A stretch of 64,000 nucleotides of DNA from a virus (Duplodnaviria; Caudoviricetes): positions 628 through 64,627 of the IMG/VR virus record IMGVR_UViG_3300027708_000072; one strand, 5' to 3'. Positions 17,316 to 26,061 of the stretch are shown piece after piece. Every line of letters starts with the position of its first letter. The first letter of the stretch is position 1. The notes beneath the pieces are model-generated. The model saw nothing but the letters and a program-made list of their open reading frames with translations, searched no databases and was not told where the DNA came from. Position numbers and translations under genes: made by a program.

Positions 17316-18186
17316 TCTAGTAATTGGCATGGGTATTGGTAACTTGTACAAAGATGTACTAACAAAACTTGGCCACGAAGTCATTACAGTTGACAAGGAC
17401 ACTAGCAAAGGTGCGGACTTTGATTCAGTAGATTCAGCTTTGGTAGTATATGGCTTGTTTGATACTGCTCACATTTGTACTCCTAACTTTACACACTTTG
17501 AACTGGCCGCTAGAGTTGCTCCGCACAGTAAAATTGTGTTTATCGAAAAACCAGGTGTTGCTACAAGCGATACATGGACTAAACTTGTAACTACATTTAA
17601 ACAAACACGTTTCATAATGGTTAAAAACAACATGTGGCGTGACAACATAGCCGAGCTAGCAGAACTGGCAAGCAAGGCTAAAACTGTAAAGATTCGTTGG
17701 ATACGTAAGAATTGTATTCCCAGTCCCGGCAGTTGGTTCACTACTAAAAAATTGGCATTCGGTGGAGTCAGCAGAGACTTGATGCCGCACTTGTTGAGTT
17801 TGTATGTTGCTATGAATTCCGATTGGAAACATGATACTGTCAGCGGACAGACTGCTATGCAATGCTGGGAATTAAAAGATATTGAAAATACTGATTACGG
17901 TACTATCAATCCCGATGGCACTTATAATGTTGACGACATGTGTGTAATCAACTTTGGTAACAAATGGCGCTGTGCGGCCAATTGGCGTAGTATGGACGAA
18001 GAAGACAGTTCTATCGTATTTGTCATGCCAGATAATACTATAGAACGATTTGAATTGGGATGGTGTCCTGAAGAAGCATATCATAATATGATTGTGGATG
18101 CTATCACTAATATGGACAATTCTGATTTTTGGTTACAGCAATATGCTGTTGATAGTTGGATACATGAGAGAATAGATCATCTATGA
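17302..18186 (+). CDS. Gfo/Idh/MocA-family NAD(P)-dependent oxidoreductase
   Basis: GMGIG, ICTPNFTH, IEKP, GGVSRDLMPH. Confidence 0.85.
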   Translation: MSKRSLVIGMGIGNLYKDVLTKLGHEVITVDKDTSKGADFDSVDSALVVYGLFDTAHICTPNFTHFELAARVAPHSKIVFIEKPGVATSDTWTKLVTTFKQTRFIMVKNNMWRDNIAELAELASKAKTVKIRWIRKNCIPSPGSWFTTKKLAFGGVSRDLMPHLLSLYVAMNSDWKHDTVSGQTAMQCWELKDIENTDYGTINPDGTYNVDDMCVINFGNKWRCAANWRSMDEEDSSIVFVMPDNTIERFELGWCPEEAYHNMIVDAITNMDNSDFWLQQYAVDSWIHERIDHL

Positions 18187-19061
18187 CACGCTGTTTACAA
18201 ACAACAGGACAAGGCTTCTTTGAAGAAGTAGAATACGAACTCCCTTCGTTAGGGCCAACAGAAATTTGTGTTCGTGCTATTATGACTGGAGTATGTCGTA
18301 GCGATATCGATATGATGCAAGGTAATTTTGGACCTTTACCATTAAGTATGCAAGGTCACGAAGGATTAGGACAAGTAGTAGATGTCGGCTCCGAAGTTAC
18401 TAATGTGGAAAGGGGCAACTTTGTAGCAACCAGAGGCGAGCCAGCATACGCAGATTTTTATAATGTTCGCAAAGACGAATACGTGCAAGTGCCAGAAGCG
18501 CACCCACGTTATATTCTTGAACCGATTGCTTGTGGTATTAATACTGTAGATGTTGCCGATGTATCTAGAATAGACAAAGTACTAATTATTGGCAGTGGAT
18601 TCCTAGCCTGGGTAGCTTATCATACACTAACCAAATTTAAACATTGCGAAAATGTAGATGTACTAGGTACTAGTAATATCGATCTTTGGGGAGATACACT
18701 GTTACTCGGTACTAGCGAAAGTTATGACGTAGTTATTGACCTAAGTGGAAAATATGAGCTAGGTATCGATATTAACCTAAATAATAATGCACTGATTGTT
18801 GATGCAGTTGGTAAAGCAGTAAGTAGAGAAGAAGCACAGCAACAACTTTGGAAAGCTGTTACTACTATTAAACCAAGTCCACGTAATACAAACTTCTATC
18901 AATGTATGAAGGATGCTGTTTGGATGATTGAAAACGGCTATCTAGAGGTTGATAGTTTTTGGACTCGGTGTTATAATCGTAACACTGAATGGCAACAAGC
19001 GTTTGCGGATGGTGTGGATCGTCCGAACGGTTACAGCAGAGGTTATATCAAATGGGACTAA
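18183..19061 (+). CDS. Zn-dependent medium-chain dehydrogenase/reductase
   Basis: GVCRSD and GHEGLG catalytic-Zn motifs, LEPIACG, IIGSGFL. Confidence 0.85.
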   Translation: MTRCLQTTGQGFFEEVEYELPSLGPTEICVRAIMTGVCRSDIDMMQGNFGPLPLSMQGHEGLGQVVDVGSEVTNVERGNFVATRGEPAYADFYNVRKDEYVQVPEAHPRYILEPIACGINTVDVADVSRIDKVLIIGSGFLAWVAYHTLTKFKHCENVDVLGTSNIDLWGDTLLLGTSESYDVVIDLSGKYELGIDINLNNNALIVDAVGKAVSREEAQQQLWKAVTTIKPSPRNTNFYQCMKDAVWMIENGYLEVDSFWTRCYNRNTEWQQAFADGVDRPNGYSRGYIKWD

Positions 19062-19591
19062 ACACTGAAGAACGACAAGACGTCGTTTACTTTACAGGTT
19101 ATGAAGTTGAACATACTATTTGTTATGGTATGTTTACGTTATTTGTGGTAGGTACTCCTCCGCTAGAAGAAATCTTGCGTAAAGCTGACGACACTCAAGC
19201 ATACTTGGATGAGTCTAAACGCATTAAACACATTTACTTTGGCACAAGTCAAAGTTTTAATCCTAAAGCAATTAGCCACGAAGAATATCGAGCGTGGGAT
19301 GAAGTTATTATTGGTTGCCTTAAAGCAAACTATTGGGTTTCATTAGACTTTGGTGTTGAACACATTGAAGGCATACTGGAATCTGCCTATAACGAATATC
19401 CTCGCTTTGTCCCCATGATTAGTGTTAAGTTACCTTACATTAATCAACTCAACTATAATGCCACACTTAAACTGGATGACCGAACTTGGGGTGCTACAAA
19501 TCCAGGTGTGTGGACACATCACTTACAGAGCTTGATGAGTAAAGACAAGTATACTCATTGGGATCAGTACACGCAAGATACAACACTATGA
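19052..19591 (+). CDS. Hypothetical protein within the modification operon (179 aa)
   Basis: ATG 19052 with upstream GAGG; overlaps both neighbours; motifs GYEVEHT, HIYFG, KLDD-x2-WGATNPGVW. Confidence 0.7.
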   Translation: MGLNTEERQDVVYFTGYEVEHTICYGMFTLFVVGTPPLEEILRKADDTQAYLDESKRIKHIYFGTSQSFNPKAISHEEYRAWDEVIIGCLKANYWVSLDFGVEHIEGILESAYNEYPRFVPMISVKLPYINQLNYNATLKLDDRTWGATNPGVWTHHLQSLMSKDKYTHWDQYTQDTTL

Positions 19592-19983
19592 TTATCAAAC
19601 AAGACATTCGACCCAACAAAATGATTTGGGTCACCTTTCGCAAAGAAGGCATACATAAATACCCGGCGGCGCTGACAGATCCAGCGTTGGCTACAGGAGA
19701 CGAATATGACGTATCTTTTTTGGGTTATCCTCATCGCCACATCTTTCATTTCAGGGTGTGGATCAATGTGCTCCATAATGACAGGGACATCGAGTTCATC
19801 CAATTCAAGCGATGGCTCGAATCGCTGTATAATGGTCAAGGTTCCGTTCTGAGCCTTGACTACAAGAGTTGTGAAATGATGTCTGACGATTTGTTTGACG
19901 TTATTTCCAATAAGTATCCGGGTCGTGAGATCTGGATTGAGATCTCCGAAGACGGAGAAAATGGTTCATTTATCAAATACTAA
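19588..19983 (+). CDS. T-fold QueD-like protein with LxxxHRHxF motif (DpdL-like candidate)
   Basis: LGYPHRHIF, IEF, SCE, EISEDGENG; lacks the QueD CxxxHGH motif. Confidence 0.7.
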   Translation: MIIKQDIRPNKMIWVTFRKEGIHKYPAALTDPALATGDEYDVSFLGYPHRHIFHFRVWINVLHNDRDIEFIQFKRWLESLYNGQGSVLSLDYKSCEMMSDDLFDVISNKYPGREIWIEISEDGENGSFIKY

Positions 19984-19995
19984 TAAGAAGGCTTT

Positions 19996-20265
19996 ATGGC
20001 TAAAAACTACAAAGAAATTAATTATTTCGAAACCCGCCCTGACATTGTTAAGATCTTCGGTGATCTTGAATCTTTGTTGGATTTTTGTAGAATCGAGTTG
20101 CTTCCCTACAACGAAGCAGACTTGTACAACAGAGAAAGCCATGTGTGGCGTTCTTTTGAAAACAGCCGTCGTCCAAAGAAAGCATGGACGGGCGAACGTA
20201 AACCGTACTTGGGTAAAAACCCTCGGCCACAAAATACGTTTAACAAGCCACGCTTCAACAACTAA
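19996..20265 (+). CDS. Small basic hypothetical protein
   Basis: 89 aa with upstream RBS-like GAAGG; fills the gap between the T-fold gene and the glycosyltransferase. Confidence 0.7.
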   Translation: MAKNYKEINYFETRPDIVKIFGDLESLLDFCRIELLPYNEADLYNRESHVWRSFENSRRPKKAWTGERKPYLGKNPRPQNTFNKPRFNN

Positions 20266-21360
20266 ATGACAATTTTCTTAGTTGACTTAGAATCAGTTGA
20301 GACAAGGTACACGGGTCAATGGAAGACTCATGTACCTGCTTTACTTAAAAAGGCAGGACACAATGTTCAAGTTATCTCTGGCCCTGAGGATATTCCTTCG
20401 GCCACTACTCCTGGTGCTTTTCTTAATTTTGGTGGCACCAATATATACAAGTCTCGTCAAGTTGAGCAAATGGGCCGTTTATTTTGCGACGGATCCGTTC
20501 ATCCCGGCGACCACTTTATTTTTACTGACGCTTGGCATCCGGGCATTATAAACCTAAAGTATATGAGTGAGTTGCTGGGCATACCTGTAACTACACACGG
20601 CTTGTGGCATGCTGGTAGTTATGATCCTCAAGACTTTCTAGGTCGATTAGTTGGTGCGAAAAAATGGGTACGCCGTGCAGAACAAAGTTTTTTCCACGGG
20701 TTCGATCATAATTATTTTGCTACTGAGTTTCATGTAAAATTATTCTTTGACGAATTATTACATAATGGTGCTCCATCAGAAAACCCTTGGTATCATGAAG
20801 ACTGGCAAGAACGCTACGACAACGGAAAAATTGTTCGTAGCGGTTGGCCTATGGAATATATGGAAGATACATTGACTATGTATAAGAACATGCCCAAGCG
20901 TGATCTTATACTGTTCCCTCATCGCATAGCGCCAGAGAAACAGGTAGATATCTTCCGTGACTTGGCCATACATTTGCCGCAGTATGAATTTGTAGTGTGT
21001 CAGGATCAGCAACTAACAAAGAATGAATATCACAATTTGTTAGGCGAAGCTAAAATGGTCTTCAGTGCTAACTTACAAGAAACTTTAGGTATCAGTTGCT
21101 ATGAAGGTGCAGTGGTTGATGCTATACCATTAGTACCGGATAGACTAAGCTATACTGAAATGTATTCGGATACTTTTAAATATCCTAGCAAATGGACTGA
21201 GAGTTGGGATAGCTATAACGTATTTCGTCCAGACTTGTGTAAAGAAATTATACAGCACATGGATAATTACACCACACGTATTCCAAAAATTCGTAAACAA
21301 ACACGTCAATTAACTGAAAACTTTTTCTCAGCACACGTATTGTTAGAAAGATTAAAATGA
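20266..21360 (+). CDS. GT-B glycosyltransferase resembling DUF3524/GTDC1 (QTMAN)
   Basis: ILFPHRIAPEK and EY-x2-LL...ETLGIS-x2-EG...PLVPDRLSYTEM (E-x7-E donor-binding motif). Confidence 0.8.
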   Translation: MTIFLVDLESVETRYTGQWKTHVPALLKKAGHNVQVISGPEDIPSATTPGAFLNFGGTNIYKSRQVEQMGRLFCDGSVHPGDHFIFTDAWHPGIINLKYMSELLGIPVTTHGLWHAGSYDPQDFLGRLVGAKKWVRRAEQSFFHGFDHNYFATEFHVKLFFDELLHNGAPSENPWYHEDWQERYDNGKIVRSGWPMEYMEDTLTMYKNMPKRDLILFPHRIAPEKQVDIFRDLAIHLPQYEFVVCQDQQLTKNEYHNLLGEAKMVFSANLQETLGISCYEGAVVDAIPLVPDRLSYTEMYSDTFKYPSKWTESWDSYNVFRPDLCKEIIQHMDNYTTRIPKIRKQTRQLTENFFSAHVLLERLK

Positions 21361-21794
21361 TACTCAAACTGTTAGAACGCTTGGATCGCAAACGTATTAT
21401 TATGGATCGACAATGTAACGAGCCATTACTAACTCGTTACTACTTGTTCCTAAAAGAACGTAAGCATTTTCCATTCAACGTGTTCTTACATAAGTTTCAC
21501 AAAGGTGATCCCGGTGATGTACACGATCATCCTTGGCCGTATTTTACTTTAATACTTGCAGGCGGTTATTACGAATGGATACTTAGTGGCAATTGCCAAA
21601 TACGCAAATGGCGGGGGCCTGGACACTTTAGATTTTGTAGTGCTACTAGCTATCATCGTATTGAATTAAAAGAAGGTGTAACACCTTGGACCTTATTCAT
21701 GCCAGGTCCACAAACGAGAGAATGGGGATTCCTCGTTAAAGATAAATGGATACATAATGACTCATACTTATACGACAAACAACACAGTGGCTAA
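21357..21794 (+). CDS. Cupin-fold protein
   Basis: LHKFHKGD-x3-VHDHPW...GGYYE...HRI...WTLF...WGF metal-binding pattern. Confidence 0.65.
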   Translation: MILKLLERLDRKRIIMDRQCNEPLLTRYYLFLKERKHFPFNVFLHKFHKGDPGDVHDHPWPYFTLILAGGYYEWILSGNCQIRKWRGPGHFRFCSATSYHRIELKEGVTPWTLFMPGPQTREWGFLVKDKWIHNDSYLYDKQHSG

Positions 21795-22227
21795 TGGCGG
21801 AACTGTAACTTTAAATCCCGGTGGATTAACTGGTACGGGTTATACTATTGGATCAATTTCATCTTCACAATTGAATACCATCACTATATCAGGTGCTGGC
21901 GGCTCAGGTGGATTTGGCGGTGCTGGGCAAATTTATACAACTAACGGAACTGGTGGGGCTAACTGGGCTACAGCTTCTAATCCGTACGACACTGTAATGA
22001 AGATTAATCAAACTAATCCTCCAGAACTAGAAGTTAAAGGTCGAATGGTTATCAACGGTGTTGATTTAGAAGAACGGTTAAGTACAATTGAAAAAGTCTT
22101 GCGAATTCCCGAAAGAGATGTTAAACTAGAAAAGAAGCATCCAAAATTGAAGAAGTTATATGATGACTATATCAATGCATTGGGTAAGTACAGAACATTT
22201 GAAGCAATAAAAGGCGAAGATGAATAA
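21757..22227 (+). CDS. Hypothetical protein, Gly/Thr-rich N-terminus and helical C-terminus
   Basis: 156-aa ORF overlapping its neighbours. Confidence 0.65.
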   Translation: MTHTYTTNNTVANGGTVTLNPGGLTGTGYTIGSISSSQLNTITISGAGGSGGFGGAGQIYTTNGTGGANWATASNPYDTVMKINQTNPPELEVKGRMVINGVDLEERLSTIEKVLRIPERDVKLEKKHPKLKKLYDDYINALGKYRTFEAIKGEDE

Positions 22228-22711
22228 AATTTATTACACATGGCAACAGGTAGAAGGCGCTTGTTTAGAATTAGCTAGACAGATGCATGTTCATTACTGG
22301 CGGCCAGATTATATTGTAGGCATTACTAGAGGCGGGCTTGTTCCTGCTAATTTGCTTAGTCAGTATATGGGCATTAAAATGAACAGCCTGGACATTAGTC
22401 TACGAGATGGTGGAGATACCGTTAGTAACTTAGGTATGGCTGAAGATGCGTTTGAGGGCAAAAAGATTTTAATAGTTGATGATATTAACGATCAAGGATC
22501 AACTGTTAATTGGATTAAGAATGATTGGCCAAGCGGCTGTTTTCCAGATGATCCTAAATGGGATTCTGTTTGGGGAGATAATGTTCGCTTTGCAGTTTTG
22601 ACACACAATCAATCGAGTCAGTTTAAAGATCCAGATTATTATGTATGGTCCGTAAATAAAGCAGAACAAGACTGCTGGTTGGTTTATCCTTGGGAGGAAT
22701 TTTGGTTATGA
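22220..22711 (+). CDS. Type I purine phosphoribosyltransferase (Gpt-like)
   Basis: GITRGGL, PRPP loop ILIVDDINDQGST, C-terminal WLVYPWE. Confidence 0.88.
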   Translation: MNKIYYTWQQVEGACLELARQMHVHYWRPDYIVGITRGGLVPANLLSQYMGIKMNSLDISLRDGGDTVSNLGMAEDAFEGKKILIVDDINDQGSTVNWIKNDWPSGCFPDDPKWDSVWGDNVRFAVLTHNQSSQFKDPDYYVWSVNKAEQDCWLVYPWEEFWL

Positions 22712-22908
22712 AGATTTTATTTAAATTTATTTTAGGAATTGCTATTCTCGTGGTAGCAGTGGCAGTAGGACCGATCCTAATGATTTGGTCCTTGAACACG
22801 CTGTTTCCAGCACTGGCAATTCAATATACATGGGAAACATGGACGGCCGCTTTCCTATTATCAGCACCATTCGGAAGCGGTATGTTTAGGAAATCTAAAG
22901 GAGATTAA
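22708..22908 (+). CDS. Small membrane protein
   Basis: GGAGG RBS, ATG 22708, two hydrophobic segments. Confidence 0.65.
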   Translation: MKILFKFILGIAILVVAVAVGPILMIWSLNTLFPALAIQYTWETWTAAFLLSAPFGSGMFRKSKGD

Positions 22909-22909
22909 T

Positions 22910-23095
22910 ATGACTCCAGAAGAAGAAAAGATTCATCTTGAACAAAAGATAGAACAGGTAAAATTGGATCTTGAAAGATTCAGACAAGGCGATAATTCTG
23001 ATTCAAAACTTGAACATATGATGTTTTATCAAGATTATTTACAAGACGAATTAAAGATACTACAAAAAAAATTAAAAGGAATTATCAATGGGTGA
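22910..23095 (+). CDS. Small coiled-coil hypothetical protein
   Basis: AAGGAG RBS; 61 aa. Confidence 0.65.
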   Translation: MTPEEEKIHLEQKIEQVKLDLERFRQGDNSDSKLEHMMFYQDYLQDELKILQKKLKGIING

Positions 23096-23390
23096 TGGCG
23101 GGAAAGGAAGTAAACCTAGACCGTTTAGTGTCAGCCAAGATGAATTTTCTAATAATTTTAAAAATATATTCGGTAAAAAGGATAAAGATATGCAAGTAAG
23201 AGTGGCAACAGAAGATAACTCATTTGGTAAATGTGGTTGTGGTCGTAGTCCAACTGGTAAATGTATTGGATGGCACGGGCTGAATGAAGAACAGTTAGCA
23301 GAAGCTAAACGAGTTTGGGATCTTGAAGAATATAAAAAACAAGCACAGGGTCTATGGAATGATAGCTGTACAAGTGGACGGGCCGAGTGA
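23088..23390 (+). CDS. CDGSH-like iron-sulfur/zinc finger protein with N-terminal GGKGSKPRP peptide
   Basis: CGCGRSPTGKCIGWH resembles the 3Cys-1His CDGSH pattern. Confidence 0.6.
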   Translation: MGDGGKGSKPRPFSVSQDEFSNNFKNIFGKKDKDMQVRVATEDNSFGKCGCGRSPTGKCIGWHGLNEEQLAEAKRVWDLEEYKKQAQGLWNDSCTSGRAE

Positions 23391-23590
23391 TTACCGAAAA
23401 TACTGTTACTATTGTATGGGATAATCAGAATGGATTCTGGTGGAATGAAACTTGTGCTATGGTATTAGAAGTATTTGGATTGCCTGGTAATAGGTACGAA
23501 TCAAAGCCTGGACATGATGCTATGTTTTTCGATTTTAAAAATAAAAAAGATGCAGACCTGTGTCGTATATTACTAAGCGAGAGATTATGA
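23387..23590 (+). CDS. Small hypothetical protein
   Basis: GTGA/ATGA coupling with both neighbours. Confidence 0.6.
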   Translation: MITENTVTIVWDNQNGFWWNETCAMVLEVFGLPGNRYESKPGHDAMFFDFKNKKDADLCRILLSERL

Positions 23591-24150
23591 TAGTATTTCA
23601 AAATCAATGGGAAACATTTGAGTCTTTCGATTTTGATAAGTTAATCACAAATGAAGATCAAATTTTAGCAATGGCCGATATTAGGGCCATTATCAATTCC
23701 GGACAATATTTTACCAACAGTCCAAAATATCAAACCAATATAAATGTATTTGGACAATCCGGCGAGCACTGGATGAAGTTTAAAATGAGTTTTATATTCA
23801 GTTGTTTTATGTATTTGAAACAAGAAGTAAAAATAGATCAAGTACAAAGTTGGAGTTTTATGACTTCAAATAAAACTGTCGAGGATAGAGATAAACTTTG
23901 GCATACGCACCAATATGGTAGTGAAAGAACCTTATCGGGTATATACTACTTGCATATTCCGGATGACGTTACAGATATGGATACTTGTGGAACGGAGTTT
24001 GCTATAAATGGTTTGGATAATCCAGAACGTTTTACAGTTAAACCCGAACAGTACCAGTGGTTGATTTACCCAGGAAAAACTTGGCACAGACCTTGCCCGC
24101 CGCAGTCTAGTCAAGATCGTTTTGTAATTGCGGCAGATATGGTATTTTAA
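23587..24150 (+). CDS. Putative 2OG-Fe(II) oxygenase-like protein
   Basis: WHTH, LSGIYYL, GTEF, LIYPG-x2-WH, RFVIA double-stranded beta-helix pattern; start ATG 23587. Confidence 0.7.
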   Translation: MIVFQNQWETFESFDFDKLITNEDQILAMADIRAIINSGQYFTNSPKYQTNINVFGQSGEHWMKFKMSFIFSCFMYLKQEVKIDQVQSWSFMTSNKTVEDRDKLWHTHQYGSERTLSGIYYLHIPDDVTDMDTCGTEFAINGLDNPERFTVKPEQYQWLIYPGKTWHRPCPPQSSQDRFVIAADMVF

Positions 24151-24160
24151 GGAGAACTAC

Positions 24161-24394
24161 ATGTACCACGAAAGTTTAGATGTTAAAGAATTTGTTGTCA
24201 AAGAAAGTGCCGGCTTCCGTGTGCGTGTACGCACACACGAAGTACTTGCTCCAAAAGGTCTATACAGTTTAGATTTTATCCAAGAAAGTTTGAACGATAA
24301 AGGCGAAGTACATTCGGATCAAACTTATAATTTTTTCATGACCAAAGATGAGGTCCAAACATTATGTCAAGGTTTGACAACACACGTAGTTTAA
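24161..24394 (+). CDS. Hypothetical protein
   Basis: AAGGAG RBS before ATG 24161. Confidence 0.65.
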   Translation: MYHESLDVKEFVVKESAGFRVRVRTHEVLAPKGLYSLDFIQESLNDKGEVHSDQTYNFFMTKDEVQTLCQGLTTHVV

Positions 24395-24567
24395 TAGAAT
24401 TGCTGTTATGGGTATGCGCAATTATTATTGTGTTTGCTATAGCTGTCATGTTCATGCCTAAGAAAGGCGATGTGATTCGATACGATTGCTCAATCTCTGA
24501 GATAAGTCCAGATTATCCTATCGAAGTCAAAGAACGATGCCGTAAATTACGAGCAGAAAAACTTTGA
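24364..24567 (+). CDS. Small membrane-anchored protein
   Basis: Single TM segment followed by YDCSISEISPDYP...C. Confidence 0.6.
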   Translation: MSRFDNTRSLIELLLWVCAIIIVFAIAVMFMPKKGDVIRYDCSISEISPDYPIEVKERCRKLRAEKL

Positions 24568-24592
24568 CACGGCCTAAATAAACCTATATACT
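24564..24592 (+). promoter_or_regulatory. Sigma70-type promoter TTGACA-N17-TATACT
   Basis: Consensus -35 and 17-nt spacer; AGGAG RBS before folE. Confidence 0.8.
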
Positions 24593-24611
24593 ATACACTT
24601 AGGAGTAATAA

Positions 24612-25349
24612 ATGACTGAATCCGTAACATATAAAAATATAGACGACAAGGGCTATGAAGAAGCCAATCTAGCAGATGCTATCCGCTTTAAGATGAAGCG
24701 TGATGGTAAAAGATTTTGGGCTGGCGACAATGTCAGCGAGTATCTGCATGAGAGTGATAAAGAACACTTGATTAACGAAGCAACTGTAGCTTTTGAAAAA
24801 GTGTTGGATACTCTACTAATTGATAGAGAAAATGATCCAAACAGTAAAGGCACAGCTCGACGTCTAGCTAAAATGTATTTTAATGAGGTAATGAGTGGTA
24901 GATATGAAACAGCACCCGACGCAACAGCGTTCCCCAATGATTCGGAGGACCGTTACGAAGGTATGTTGGTTGTCCGTAGTGAGCTTCGCAGTATGTGTAG
25001 CCATCATCACCAACCCGTTGTTGGCGTCGCTTACATTGGTATTATTGCGGCTGAGAAACTCATCGGACTTAGCAAGTATACAAGGATCGCTCAGTGGTGT
25101 GCCCGTCGAGGTACTCTCCAGGAGGAACTTTGCAATGACATTGCTAGGGAAATCCAAAAAGCCACAGGTGCAACAGACTTAGGCGTTTACATCCAAGCAA
25201 CACATGGTTGTTGTGAGAATCGTGGCATTATGGCGCATAGCTCATTGACACAGACTACAGTATTAAAAGGTGCATTCAAAGACGACCTCGGTACTAAGAA
25301 AGAGTTTATGGACAATATTAAAATGCAACAAGAGTTTAGCCCACGTTAA
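24612..25349 (+). CDS. folE: GTP cyclohydrolase I
   Basis: SMCSHHHQP, IGLSKYTR, ARRGTLQE, ATHGCCENRG. Confidence 0.95.
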   Translation: MTESVTYKNIDDKGYEEANLADAIRFKMKRDGKRFWAGDNVSEYLHESDKEHLINEATVAFEKVLDTLLIDRENDPNSKGTARRLAKMYFNEVMSGRYETAPDATAFPNDSEDRYEGMLVVRSELRSMCSHHHQPVVGVAYIGIIAAEKLIGLSKYTRIAQWCARRGTLQEELCNDIAREIQKATGATDLGVYIQATHGCCENRGIMAHSSLTQTTVLKGAFKDDLGTKKEFMDNIKMQQEFSPR

Positions 25350-25350
25350 T

Positions 25351-26052
25351 ATGTACCCGTTAGAACCTATGACCGTTGCAGAGATTCAACAACTAGTTGG
25401 CATTAATTTCATTCCAAACTTTCAAAAAGAAGTTGATGAGTTTATGACGCCTATGCGCAAACATATTGCAATGGGTCGACCGTTGAGTATGGGTAAAGAG
25501 ACTTGGGAATATGCAGTTGCAGATAGTATTGCCGGATCTATATGGGCAGGTGCAGGCAATTCTATTGTTGATGTTAAAATTGGCACCGACACTGGATTAG
25601 ATGTTAAAGGTGTTGGTAAGGGTGGATTATTAAAATCTGGTGGATACACTAAATCAGGCGAGGCTAGTATGTTTCAAACATACAAAGGTGTTACTGACAG
25701 ATCTTTTTCAAAAAAAGATTCTGCTCTTCTTTGGCAAACTTTTATCGAAGGTTGGAACACTAAAGCAAAAACAGTCAAAGATTATTATCTACTTGTAATA
25801 TTTAAAGATAAAAATTATGATTGTAGTATATGCGGATTTAAACGGGTTGGAGATCTTCCTGAATACAATCCTATGTTTGGATCGTTTACAACAGACACCG
25901 GAAGACCAAGTGATTGTAGTTGGCGGGTTGAGCAATTAGCCGATCCAAACCTACTTAGTACTGTTGTTGTAAGAAATAAAAAAAGATTAGAAATGAGATT
26001 ACGTCCAGCCATGTATGATACAATGTATTCATTATCTATATACACATTCTAA
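25351..26052 (+). CDS. Putative PD-(D/E)xK restriction-endonuclease-like protein
   Basis: WE-helix...IVDV-x8-DVKGV catalytic arrangement; likely start ATG 25351, just after the folE stop. Confidence 0.5.
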   Translation: MYPLEPMTVAEIQQLVGINFIPNFQKEVDEFMTPMRKHIAMGRPLSMGKETWEYAVADSIAGSIWAGAGNSIVDVKIGTDTGLDVKGVGKGGLLKSGGYTKSGEASMFQTYKGVTDRSFSKKDSALLWQTFIEGWNTKAKTVKDYYLLVIFKDKNYDCSICGFKRVGDLPEYNPMFGSFTTDTGRPSDCSWRVEQLADPNLLSTVVVRNKKRLEMRLRPAMYDTMYSLSIYTF

Positions 26053-26061
26053 AGGAAAATT

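Noticed and set aside
19588-19983. Calling this gene canonical queD
   Set aside because: It lacks the CxxxHGH catalytic motif, so it was left as a T-fold/DpdL-like candidate.
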